Shown here: piece by piece, positions 10,071-21,780 of the stretch
Layout: every line of letters starts with the position of its first letter
How positions within the stretch are numbered: the first letter of the stretch is position 1
Origin: Salpingoeca rosetta
Lineage: Eukaryota > Protista > Choanoflagellata
Length of the DNA stretch: 41,368 nucleotides
Reading direction: 5' to 3'
Assembly: GCA_033442325.1 (NCBI GenBank)
Contig: JAWQFM010000004.1
Coordinates: forward strand, 67,629-108,996
Notes under the pieces: generated by a model
Told to the model about the DNA's origin: nothing
Databases searched by the model: none
What the model saw: only the letters and a program-made list of their open reading frames with translations
Made by a program: the position numbers and the translations under genes

Positions 10071-12281
10071 TTAGAAGCGGTTCACGAGCGAGACATCAGG
10101 CCACCGCCAATGGTAGTTTGTTGAGTAGCAGTTGCGCAGCACAACGCAGCCAATGTCTGACAGCCCGTGCATGTTGTCAAAGGCGCAACTCTGCAGAACA
10201 AGCCGCTGAATGCCTTGGAAGCAATCAAATTCCAAGATGGCACACTTGTGAAGGTGGCAATTGAATACTTCTCGACAGCCTGTGATTGACAAGCTGCCAG
10301 GACCATCCGACACAACATTGGAGGGGGCAATAATGGGCACATGCTGAGCAGGAGCGGCCCTCACAGTCAATTCGTCAAGCAAAAGCGTGCCAATGGAGGT
10401 GAAGCCAACACGCCCACAACAACTGTGTAGCGAGGCCCTGTGGCAGCGCGCAATGTCTTGATCGAGCGTGCAGGACGTGAGGCGAAGGTATTGTCGGTCA
10501 GAAAGCAGGTGGATGCCGTGCATTGGGTACTGGAATCGCCCGTGGAGAGTCAACGACTGCACCGCCGGCCCAATCCACTCGCAGTGAAGCTCGCCTTTGA
10601 CAAGGCCATGCAGCTCTTTCACACAGGGCGGCACCGGCCCATCCACGTTGACGCCATCGACACAAACGTGCACGTGGTCAGGGATACCATTCAGGGCACT
10701 GACATTCCTCACACAGTCCTTGAGCACGAGCTTGTCGGTGCGCCGGCCGAGGTCCACAAGAAACTCGCGTGACAACACTCTTCGAAACAACTTGAGTGCC
10801 AGTACATTCGCGTGCACAAAGTCGGGCAGCTGCGGCATCGTGAAGGGTGTTTCATCGGCAATCACAATTCTGTCAACGCGAGTGGGGCAAGTGAACGTCT
10901 TCACTTTGGATCGCAGTCGCAACTCAATGTGGGTAGCGTTGGGCAAATGCAACAGTCTTGGCACTTCCAGCATGTGTGAGAGCGTAATACGGGTGCCATC
11001 GAGTTTGTCATTCTGCAACTGCACCTGACGGAGGCTGAGGTGTTGTGCTGCGGTCACCACCGCATCATCGCCGCTCAGGTGTGCGCCAACAATGTCGAGC
11101 TTTTCCACCCCGAGCAGCGGCGACAGGTCCAACGAGCGGCCGTACAAGCGAGCAAGCCTGATTTCCGGAATGCCCGCGTTCAACATGCCCAAGTCGGAGA
11201 TGGAGGTGCTGTCGCTCAGTTCAAACCGCTGCATGTGTTGAATATCGCCACGAAGGGTCCGCTGATTTCGAGCACACCACGTGACACGTTTCACGTCATG
11301 GATTGTAACGTGGCCAATCTCAGTGGATTGGATGTCAAGGAAATCGATGTGACACGCGCTGAGCGACTCCAACGGACTTTGAATGACCAGGTTCACGTCA
11401 ACGCCGCGTGAGTTGGCGAGCAGCGACGTGCGGAGCTCATGCCACCGATCAGCATCACCCTGGCACATGAATTCAGCCGTGAGCGAAAACAGTGCTGGGG
11501 CGAACGCAGCGGTGACTGTGACCCTGTCACCAACGTGCTGTTGCTGCTTCTGAGAGTGCTGTGGTTGGGCGCTTCGGGTGCTTGTCCCTCCTGCATCTGT
11601 GGACGTGCTGGTGCCTCCTTCTTGCTTGCGTGCATCTGCACCGTGCACACTGCTGTCGTGCTCACTGGCGTCGAGTGCCTGATTCACGTCTGCGGCCCAC
11701 GACTCGACGTCTTCAAGGGACGTGTACGTCACGTGTCCAGAGCGTGCGAACCGATGCCAGAAGCTCTGCGTCTGTGGAGGAGACTGGAGCCTGGAGCGGA
11801 GAAAGGTGCACGTGCTTTTCCACGCCACACCCAGCCAACAATACGCGAGGAAGCGGTTCTCCAACCACACGACGACATGCGCAGTGTCGTCTTCTTGTAA
11901 AGGGAGCGCGGTGGTTTGCATGGCCATCGCGAGGGCCATCATTGCCGAGGTGGTCGCTGCGTGGGCGGGCACAAGAAGGTCCCGTTGAAACACGTCAACC
12001 CAGTGCTCAGTCGTTCGGCTCTGGCGATTCCACACGTTTGTGCTCTTTGTGAACACGGTGGACAGGCACCACTTGGGCATGGCCCACGGCAGGTCATGGT
12101 ACAGCTCGCGGCAAGTCAACATGAGGTTGAAGTACGCGCGCGCCACGTCCCGAGGAGGGCACTCCTGGGGCTTGCTGTCCAGCTGTCCCCCGAACACCCC
12201 GGTGCCCTTGTTCTTTGCTGCCTGCTCTGCTTCCAACACCAACGTCTCCGCCACCAGCGCCCACGCTGCGCCGTCGTTCAT
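10071..12281 (-). CDS. Intronless 736-aa hypothetical protein with degenerate C-terminal leucine-rich repeats
   Basis: 2.2-kb uninterrupted ATG-to-stop ORF free of microsatellites. The C-terminal ~400 aa has LRR-like periodicity (MQRFELSDSTSISDLGML, LDLSPLLGVEKLDIVG, TDKLVLKDCVRNVSALNGI, IQRLVLQSCAFDNMHGLSDIGCVVLRNC). Confidence 0.8.
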   Translation of the reverse strand: MNDGAAWALVAETLVLEAEQAAKNKGTGVFGGQLDSKPQECPPRDVARAYFNLMLTCRELYHDLPWAMPKWCLSTVFTKSTNVWNRQSRTTEHWVDVFQRDLLVPAHAATTSAMMALAMAMQTTALPLQEDDTAHVVVWLENRFLAYCWLGVAWKSTCTFLRSRLQSPPQTQSFWHRFARSGHVTYTSLEDVESWAADVNQALDASEHDSSVHGADARKQEGGTSTSTDAGGTSTRSAQPQHSQKQQQHVGDRVTVTAAFAPALFSLTAEFMCQGDADRWHELRTSLLANSRGVDVNLVIQSPLESLSACHIDFLDIQSTEIGHVTIHDVKRVTWCARNQRTLRGDIQHMQRFELSDSTSISDLGMLNAGIPEIRLARLYGRSLDLSPLLGVEKLDIVGAHLSGDDAVVTAAQHLSLRQVQLQNDKLDGTRITLSHMLEVPRLLHLPNATHIELRLRSKVKTFTCPTRVDRIVIADETPFTMPQLPDFVHANVLALKLFRRVLSREFLVDLGRRTDKLVLKDCVRNVSALNGIPDHVHVCVDGVNVDGPVPPCVKELHGLVKGELHCEWIGPAVQSLTLHGRFQYPMHGIHLLSDRQYLRLTSCTLDQDIARCHRASLHSCCGRVGFTSIGTLLLDELTVRAAPAQHVPIIAPSNVVSDGPGSLSITGCREVFNCHLHKCAILEFDCFQGIQRLVLQSCAFDNMHGLSDIGCVVLRNCYSTNYHWRWPDVSLVNRF

Positions 12282-12783
12282 GGTGTCTTTCTTGCTTGCA
12301 AGTTCGGAAAAGTTGTCATATCACCTTTGAAATTTCGCCCGACGTTATCGTTGAGGGATGGTGGCTGGTTGTGCTGACTGCGGTGACAAAGGTGAGAGAG
12401 CAAGCAAGCAAGCAAGCAAGGAGGGACAACAACATGAGTGGTGCAGTGTTCGTCGTGCTATTGCAACATTGCAACTCTAGTGGTAGCCTTGCACTCGTAG
12501 CTGTAGCGTTGATGGTGCAACTCACACCACTCGTTTTCGTCTCCCCCTCACCCCTGTTGCTGCCGCAGACACCTCGTGGGTGTCGCTGAATTTGGGCGTG
12601 TTTGTGTGCGCACGCTGCTGTAACGTGCACCGTTCTCTTGGACGGGCAGTGTCCCACGTTGCGCCAGCTGCTCAAGTCACATCGCGGCTCGAAACGAAGC
12701 AGGTCGGTGGGCTCTGCTTGGTGTTCTTGTTGTTTCTGCAGTGCGCCTACAAAGAGCACACAAATGCTCCACTGTGTACCCAC

Positions 12784-12830
<47 letters not shown>

Positions 12831-13017
12831 CGCACTCTCCGTCACACGTGCTGGCAGCTGTTTGAGTATTTGCAGAATGAACACACGAATGATGTGTGGG
12901 AAGCTACGCTTTCCTCTCATCCAAGCTTTGTGAAACCAAGCATCGACTCCGACATGAAGTGAGGCAGCCGACATGGTGTCTGCGTCACGGTTGGCTTTCG
13001 GTCCACACACACACAGA

Positions 13018-13062
<45 letters not shown>

Positions 13063-13081
13063 CCCACACACACACACAAAA

Positions 13082-13173
<92 letters not shown>

Positions 13174-13230
13174 TCACTCACATAATCCCCCCACACAACA
13201 CACACTCTCTCACTCTCACTCTCCATGCAG

Positions 13231-13900
13231 ACATTGGGCCGGACGACGGGTATGCCGGCGTTGTGTTCGTCAAGGGCAGCTGCTCCCGTCTCGATGTCAT
13301 TCGTCTCGCACGCGACATGAAGCGCGTACGTCGGGAGTGAAGTTGAGAGAGAAAGGGGGGGGAGGACACTGTTTGCTTGTTTGCTTCCATGCACATGCAC
13401 CTGCTGCTTGGGCTGCTTGCCTCTTTGCTTTTGGCGGTGACACGAAGTGCCCCATCACATCTGCCCTGCCCCATCGCATCACGCATACCTTTCTCACACC
13501 ACAAACACAAACACCACCACCACCACCACCACAGGGCATCCATCTTGCCAAGGACCACAAGCGGTGCAAAGTGTACCGCACCCGCGAGTTCAAGATCACA
13601 CCGACCAAAGCCCGCTCCCCCTTCAACATTGACGGTGACCCGCACGACCACGGTCCTGTGCACGTGCGCGTGCTGCACCAGGCCCTCAACATGTTCACCC
13701 TGCCGGAGCGTGGCGAGACGCTGGCAGAGCACGTCGCACACACGGGCATGGCACTGCCTGTCGTGATGGCTGGTGTGAAGGTGAACCAGCTCAACTCGAA
13801 GCAGGGACGCAAGTCTGCACCAGACCACGAGGCCAAGGGCGTCTCCGCGCTCGCCACCGCCATGTTTGAGACCGGTCACGACGGAGCAGGCAGCAAGTAG
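13231..13900 (+). pseudogene. Orphan 3' exons of a diacylglycerol/sphingosine-kinase-like (YegS/DAGK C-terminal) gene
   Basis: Exon 13231-13325 (IGPDDGYAGVVFVKGSCSRLDVIRLARDMKR) splices in frame to 13535-13900 (GIHLAKDHKRCKVYRTREFKITPTKARSPFNIDGDPHDHGPVHVRVLHQALNMF...*). DDG...IDGD/E motifs are typical of the DAGK/YegS accessory lobe. No catalytic GGDG lobe seen upstream, and only ~950 bp separate it from the divergent ORF start at 12281. Confidence 0.55.
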
Positions 13901-13936
13901 CCGCACACGCGTCTGTGTGTGTGTGTGTCTGTGTCT

Positions 13937-13974
<38 letters not shown>

Positions 13975-14289
13975 TTGTACTGTGTCTCTGTGTGTGTGTC
14001 TGTGTTGTACTCTGTATTTGCTGTGTGGTCATCACATTTTGTCATTACCTTACGTCCCATATTGCGACTTCTCCGTTGTTGTCCTTTCCTGACCTACGTT
14101 AGCGCTGCACTGTCCCCAGTGCTCCCATGCTTGTCCCTCTTGGTTTTCTTCGTCGCCTGAGTTCCTTTCGCTTTTTCGTGCTTGTGTTCTGGTGCTTGCT
14201 TCATAACCGCTGTTACATTCAGTTTGTTGGTCTTGACTCGTTTGTACACGTCTCATCTCAACACAAACACTGCAGTGCGCCCGAGAGAG

Positions 14290-14471
14290 CGACAGCGACA
14301 GAGAGACACAGACTGAGACAGACAGACAGACAGAGACTGACGGACAGATAGAGACTGACAGAGAGATAGAGACTGACAGAGAGATAGAGACAGACAGGGG
14401 GATAGGGAGTGTCTGTCTGTCTGTCTGTCTATCTGTCTGCGTGTGTGCCTGTCTGTCTGTCTGTCTGTCTA

Positions 14472-14509
<38 letters not shown>

Positions 14510-14520
14510 AGTCTGTCTGC
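14290..14520. repeat. Adjacent (GACA/GAGA)n and (TCTG)n tetranucleotide tracts in inverted orientation
   Basis: gacagacagacag... (~14290-14397) followed by ...gtctgtctgtctg (~14409-14520). Confidence 0.85.
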
Positions 14521-14545
14521 GTGTGTGCCTGTTTTTTGTCTGCCT

Positions 14546-15590
14546 CTATGTGTGCGCTGTTGCTGGTGCTTGTAGGTTTGTTAAAGCATCAAACAGCTGC
14601 TTGTGCGCCGCAATCTTGTGTGTCCTGCACAGGTAAACAAAGGCATGGAGTGAGCAGGAACAGCATACGTGTATGATGTGGCCTGGAACAGCCTCAGGGA
14701 TGTGATTGGCGACACAACACAACACAACACAACACAACAAACAAACAGCACCACCACCACAGCACCACCTCACCCCTTGAAGTCGAGGTCGACGATGACA
14801 AGTTTCGCCAACACGGCGCCGTCTGCAACGCGATACGACCCGGCCATCGCCCCCGCACGTGCACATGCACGGCTTTCGGTGTCGTGTGTCGGCTCGAGAG
14901 GCGAGCAGAAGGAAACCAACACGCTGCAGTCCTTAAACGCTGCAGCTCTCAAGTGATCGAGCATCAACCACGCTGGTGACACCATCGCTTCCTCACCATC
15001 ACCATCATCATCATGTTGCTGTTGTTTCGCGACCTTGGTCACCTGCTCCCCATCATCATCGGATAGTTCATGTGCACGCTTACCGCCGTCAACACTCGCT
15101 TTCGCCCCTTCCTCCTCCTCCTTCTTCATTCCTTCTCTTCCACGATCACCGTCACCACCACCACCACTACTGCTCGCGAGCGTGTGTTCCCGCCATGTGT
15201 TGACATCGTCTTGAGTGATGACACCACGTGTCGCCGTTCGCGCCGCATCCGCAGCAGCAACAGCAGCAAACGACCGGTCCACAGGGCACCAAGACAACGA
15301 CGATGTTGATGCTGATGTTGTTGACGATGTTGATGTTGGTGTTGATGTTGATGATGGGCGAAGACGGGGAGGTGATTTGGAGGACGCCAAAGAACGTGTC
15401 ACCGCTGGCTGCGCATGGTGTGCCCCGTGTTGGGTCCTGAGCCACGACAGCACACCAGAGGTCGACAGCACCTCTTGTAAGAGCGGTGCCAGCCCGGCGG
15501 CGAGGCAGTGGACGGAAGCTGCTTCGGTCATCGCACCACGACCACCACGACCGCCACCATCACCACCACCATCATCATCAACACCACCAC

Positions 15591-15622
<32 letters not shown>

Positions 15623-16906
15623 CCATCCTGTTGTTGTTGTGGTGGCGACGATGCTGACACGGCGCGGTGCAGAACAGGCGTGGAGGCGGTGGCGTGTGCA
15701 GTGAGGAGACGGAGGTTGTTCTGGGGTGTCTGCAGCAGTTGTAGGATGGCTTCACGCTGTAACTGTGCATCCTGTTCAGGACATGAACGCAAACGCACAG
15801 GGTTGTCAAGCGTAATATGGTCAGAAACACAACGAACGTTTTGAAGCTACACACACTCACGTACACACACACACACTCTCTCTCTCTCTCGCTCTCTCAC
15901 GAACACACACAGTCACTCACACATTCACTCACTCACTCACGTTCCCCCCCCCCCACACACACACGCACACTGCGTGCGTTGCTGAACAGGCGGATTGGGC
16001 AGTATTTGGAGACAGAGGTCCATTTGCCGTTGGCAAGCTTGAGGTGCTGGTGACAACAGAAGCGGCACCAGCGCTGCTCGCTCCGGGCGTGGCACGTGGT
16101 GTCGACGCGAGGTGGAAGTCGAAACACGTCGTCGCAGCTCTTCGGCTTCAGCTCAATGGCAAAGTATGCGTGGTGACACGCAGGAACACGCGTTGCCAGC
16201 AGCCAATCGAGCGCCGCCTGCCCGCCTTTGCCAAGAACGTCAGTCCCAGATTCCCAGAGCCGAAACGCGCACGCGGGACACGACCCCATATCTGGCATCA
16301 AAATTGCGCCCGCACCGCACAGCGCTCGCGTATCAACATTAACAAAGCCTTGGCCTACAGGTACATCCTGCTCCAACAGCTGCAGCCCATCCAAAAAGGT
16401 CTGGGGCAGATCCAAATGCACCTGTACAAACACACACGCGTTTGCATTCATGCTGGTGAGGCACACCATACATGCTTTCTCAGGACATGATTGTCAAAGA
16501 CACAACAAACAAGCGACCCAGGCATTCGACGAAAGAGCACACACACACACACACACACCACACACACCACACGCACACATGCGCACACATGCGCACACAC
16601 GACACTCGCACACACACACATGCGCACACACGACACTCACACACGCACTCACGCAATCAGTTGTACCTGTGGACACGCCCAGGGCGAGGGAACGAGGCGG
16701 GAGAGTGTTTCATGGAACCTTTGCTGCACATGGCGTTCATCCAAACATTGTGTCTGATCTCCTTCCTTCTCCAGACGCCGCAATCGCAGGGCGCACAGCC
16801 GAAGAGCAGCGAGCTCGGGTTCAGCTCCAGCATACCTCAGCACGACGTTTGCACCGCCCACACCACGCACGCGCCACGGCCCACTGGGCAGCCGTGATGG
16901 ACACAT
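14546..16906 (-). CDS. IPK1: Inositol-pentakisphosphate 2-kinase
   Basis: Spliced exons give WRVRGVGGANVVLRY (N-terminal G-loop), AIELKPK, CRFCCHQHLK, YCPIRLFS, QNNLRL, AAAFKDCSVLVSF and IVDLDFKG, the conserved IPK1/IPPK motifs. The last exon ends ...THKIAAHKQLFDALTNLQAPATAHT* at 14546. Confidence 0.88.
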
Positions 16907-17039
16907 GTTCGCCTTTGCACACGCTTGTTGTCACTGCAGCAGCTACACGCAGGTCCAGTCATCAGCGTTGCGAAGTTGCTGAAATCTATGTGTATAGTAA
17001 ACAATTCTCTACAAACACCCCCCAAACGAAGCAACGACG
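16907..17039. promoter_or_regulatory. Probable bidirectional promoter (133 bp) between IPK1 and LRR gene
   Basis: Head-to-head ATGs at 16906 (-) and 17040 (+); spacer lacks microsatellites and has an AT-rich core. Confidence 0.5.
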
Positions 17040-18964
17040 ATGAGCACAGCGGAGGAAGATGGTGCGCCAACCGTGTCAGATGAGATGAGGGAACTTCGAC
17101 AGGAGAAGCTCTCATCGGCACTTGGCAAAGTGAAAGCAGCAGGTAAGGCGAGACCGAGAGAGTGTGCGTGTGTGCGTGTGTGCGTGTGTGCGTGTGTGTG
17201 TGTGTGTGTGTTTGCATGCTTGCTTGCATGTTTGTATTTGCATGCTTGCTTGCTTGCATGTTTGTATTTACATGCTTGTGTCTTCGCATACATGCGTGTT
17301 TGTGCCTGCATGCTTGCGTGTCCAATTGATTACACCTCACGCTGGCTGGACTCTGTGCTGTACTGGGTTAGCCAAAGTGAAGCGAGCGCGTGCCCTGTCT
17401 CAAGAAAATGCCGCGCCATCTTCACGATGGGCAGGAGATGTCGTGCTCAAGCGATGGGAGATGCCACTGCTGTGCAAAGACTTGCAGGACGCAAACCTCC
17501 ACATCCCAGAGCTGAGGTTTGTGTCCTGCTTGAGCTACCTCACAGCCTTGCCGACATGAGCGACCAGCTGTACGATGCGTCCCTCGCACCGCTCCTTCCA
17601 CTGCGAGACGCGTTTTGTTCCGTGATCTCTCATACAGGGACTGATGCTGTTGTTGTATCTATTGTCTTGCCTTGCAGGTTGGACGGCAATGAGCTCACCC
17701 TCCAACAAACACAGGAGCTTGCGCAAGCACTCGCGTCAAACACCACGTTGCGAGTGTTAAGGTACGCGCTCTTTTGCTGTCACGTGATGCAAAGGCATCT
17801 GCATACACGACGCTGCTTACACGTAACACACACACACACACACACACGTAACACACACACACACACACGTAACACACACACACACACACACACGTAACAC
17901 ACACATACACACACGTAACACACACATACACACAAATATTCGTTTCTTGCACATTCGTGTGTCTCCCCTGCCACCAACCCGTGCGCTCACGCACACGTGC
18001 TCGCACTGATACACTCGTGTTGATGACGTCATTGTGCAATCTTCGCTACAGTCTGGCTGGCTGCGGTCTCGGGGACGAGCACATGCAAGCGCTCTCGCAG
18101 GCGTTGGCGAGCACAACAGTCAAGCAGCTCAGGTATAGCAGACACACTTCAAACGACTCCCGCATCGCCTTTGCTGCACTGCGGTGGCTGTCTCTCTTTT
18201 CCTCGCCATTACCTCACCTCGTGCACCCGCCCTCCGCTCATTGTTTGGTGTGCTTGCGTGCCATTCTTTTCTCCTCGTGTCACCCTCTGCATCAGCGTAT
18301 GGGGGAACGCCATCGGGGACGAGGGTGCGAGCGCATTGGCGGCAGCGCTGCCCAGTTGTCAGTCTCTGCAGTCTCTCGAGTACGTCACCTCCTTGTTGGA
18401 GAACCGTGGTTGCATGTGTGTCCCTGTGTCGGTATGCAGACATGTGAGTCAGTGAGTCAGCGTGCATGCGTGTACTTGTGTACACCTGTGCCTGCGTGTG
18501 TGCGTGCACCTTTATCTTCGCCTCCGAACTCACAACATACCTCCCTCCCCCCTGCCAACATGCGTGCACGTCATCACAACAGTTGCGGTCAGAACCACAT
18601 TGGCGACACAGGTGCACATGCCCTCATTGTGGCGGCGCCGAAATGCAAACACCTCAAGTCCATCAAGTACGTCGAAACTTACACATGTGCCTGTTGCCGT
18701 GCAGCCATGACCACCTTGATCATCTTTCCCATTCGAACTACCGTTGTTCCACTGACACACAGACACACAGACTCACCCCCCCCCCCCAAAAAAAAAACCC
18801 CCCTCCCACTTCAACTTCAACACGCTGCTGCCACCACCACCATGACAGCGTGTCGTACAACCACTTGAGCACGAGCGCCGTGCTGGACTTTGCAAAGTGC
18901 TTCGAAGCCACTGCCACCATCACGTTTCTCGGGTACGCGCGCCTCTGCTGCGTTTGCTCACGTG

Positions 18965-19016
<52 letters not shown>

Positions 19017-19373
19017 TTGAGGTGGAAACGCACGCACTTCTGACGTAACAAAACCACCTGCTGGTATTGCTCATCACTCCACTTGCTCCACTCATGAAAA
19101 CTGCTTCAACCTCGCACCCACCACCACCACCACCATGCCATCGTCCAAAACAGCCTGCGCGGAAACGCCAAAGCGCCATCACGAGGACTTCAGCGGACGA
19201 TTCGACGCGTGCAGCGCCTGTCACGGCCGCGTGTCATCGACACAGATGTGCTGCCGTACCATCGCGAGTTTGACTGGCGGCGAGCAAGCACCCTGCGCAG
19301 CTACGTGTACCGTCCACAGCACATCTTGGGGGACGAACTCAAGATTCAGGCACTCAACCTGTCCGGATGGTAG
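17040..19373 (+). CDS. Small RI-like leucine-rich repeat protein, 8 exons
   Basis: Exons 17040-17142, 17435-17516, 17678-17761, 18052-18132, 18296-18379, 18583-18666, 18849-18932, 19154-19373. LRRs: LDGNELTLQQTQELAQALASNTTLRVL, LAGCGLGDEHMQALSQALASTTVKQL, VWGNAIGDEGASALAAALPSCQSLQSL, CGQNHIGDTGAHALIVAAPKCKHLKSI. Confidence 0.85.
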
Positions 19374-19856
19374 CACGGCGTGTCGTGTTTGTAATGGCTG
19401 TTGTATTCGTGTGTGTGAAGTGTGTTTCACGTTGACGCGTTGATGCGTTGGTGTGTTGATACGTGATTTGTGTTCCATTGCACGTTGGTGTGTTGACGTG
19501 TTGATGTGTTGATGTGTGCGGCTTGCATCATTTGGCACCATGGCTGTACTTTGCCCACACCGCTTCCTGCTCTTGCTGTCTCCACCCCTCATTGCTCGCT
19601 CGTTACTTTGCAACCATTCGCTTGTGTGTATCCTGTGCCCAATACAACGCGAGCACCACACGTGCTGGTCATGCTTAAGAGGAGAATACGAAGAAGGTTG
19701 ACTGCTGCACTGCTGCAAAGACACCATGAAGCAACACTCGGCGGTCGTGTCGTCATAACATAACAAAAATTATGTAGTCAGCACATCATTAGGGGAAGGG
19801 AGCAACGCATGAACTATTGCATAGAGTAATGTAAACTGCTTCTACAAGAATAAAAC

Positions 19857-19915
<59 letters not shown>

Positions 19916-20291
19916 TTATGCTGCCTGGGAGACGCTGGTCGTTCGCTCATCGTAGATGTTTTCGTCCGGCGTGCTAGATTCCAGGAACGTGGCTGTCAAG
20001 CGCGGAATGACACAGGGGGGGGGGAGAGAGGCGAGGTGTGAGGCACGGCGAAGTGTGGTGTTCACGTACGTATGCTCACGTATGTGTGGGTCACGCATGG
20101 AGAAGGTACAAAAGCGACATTTGGACGGCATGGGATGAAACGCAAATGGGGCAACACAAATGCACACGTACATGTTGGGCGGCGCGGGGGCGCGGGTTTG
20201 TTCTCTGGTTGAAGGATGAGTGACGTCGAGGTCAGGACAGCACAGTGTGTGAGTGGGGTGCAGGGGTGAAAATGTCACGAAGCTTAACGAG

Positions 20292-20362
<71 letters not shown>

Positions 20363-21189
20363 NNNNNNNNNNNNNNNNNNNNNNNNNNNNNNNNNNNNNN
20401 NNNNNNNNNNNNNNNNNNNNNNNNNNNNNNNNNNNNNNNNNNNNNNNNNNNNNNNNNNNNNNNNNNNNNNNNNNNNNNNNNNNNNNNNNNNNNNNNNNNN
20501 NNNNNNNNNNNNNNNNNNNNNNNNNNNNNNNNNNNNNNNNNNNNNNNNNNNNNNNNNNNNNNNNNNNNNNNNNNNNNNNNNNNNNNNNNNNNNNNNNNNN
20601 NNNNNNNNNNNNNNNNNNNNNNNNNNNNNNNNNNNNNNNNNNNNNNNNNNNNNNNNNNNNNNNNNNNNNNNNNNNNNNNNNNNNNNNNNNNNNNNNNNNN
20701 NNNNNNNNNNNNNNNNNNNNNNNNNNNNNNNNNNNNNNNNNNNNNNNNNNNNNNNNNNNNNNNNNNNNNNNNNNNNNNNNNNNNNNNNNNNNNNNNNNNN
20801 NNNNNNNNNNNNNNNNNNNNNNNNNNNNNNNNNNNNNNNNNNNNNNNNNNNNNNNNNNNNNNNNNNNNNNNNNNNNNNNNNNNNNNNNNNNNNNNNNNNN
20901 NNNNNNNNNNNNNNNNNNNNNNNNNNNNNNNNNNNNNNNNNNNNNNNNNNNNNNNNNNNNNNNNNNNNNNNNNNNNNNNNNNNNNNNNNNNNNNNNNNNN
21001 NNNNNNNNNNNNNNNNNNNNNNNNNNNNNNNNNNNNNNNNNNNNNNNNNNNNNNNNNNNNNNNNNNNNNNNNNNNNNNNNNNNNNNNNNNNNNNNNNNNN
21101 NNNNNNNNNNNNNNNNNNNNNNNNNNNNNNNNNNNNNNNNNNNNATCATCATCACCATGATCATCACACCACCACCATCATCATCATCA

Positions 21190-21273
<84 letters not shown>

Positions 21274-21738
21274 GAGTGCTTACGTCGACGTGCCCGCGCT
21301 CTGCAGCGACGAAGAGCGGCGTCTTGTGATCGCCATCGCGCCGGATCCGGTCAACACGCAGATTCTCGTGCCGTATCAGCAGCTGGTGGTGGTGGTGGCG
21401 AAGGCGAAGGAGCGTTGTTGTTGGTGCAGAGGTGGTGGTGGTGGTGGTGGTGGTGACAGCGGAGCAGATGAGATGGGAACATGGGAACATGGGAAGCGTC
21501 TTGCAGCACATCGCACGAACGAACAAAGAACGCAGGAAAACAGCACGGAGCACGTGTTGGCACATGTATGCATACATTCTCGATTGCTCGCATGTCGCCC
21601 TTCTTTGCGTATTTCTTCAACTTGTCTGTTGAAAACGTTCCCAAGCAACACGGTGCGCGTGAGAACAGTCAACAGCCGGATGTACGTGCGCCAGGAAGAC
21701 AGTTGCATGTACGCCAGCAACACCACTGCACACTCCGC

Positions 21739-21780
<42 letters not shown>

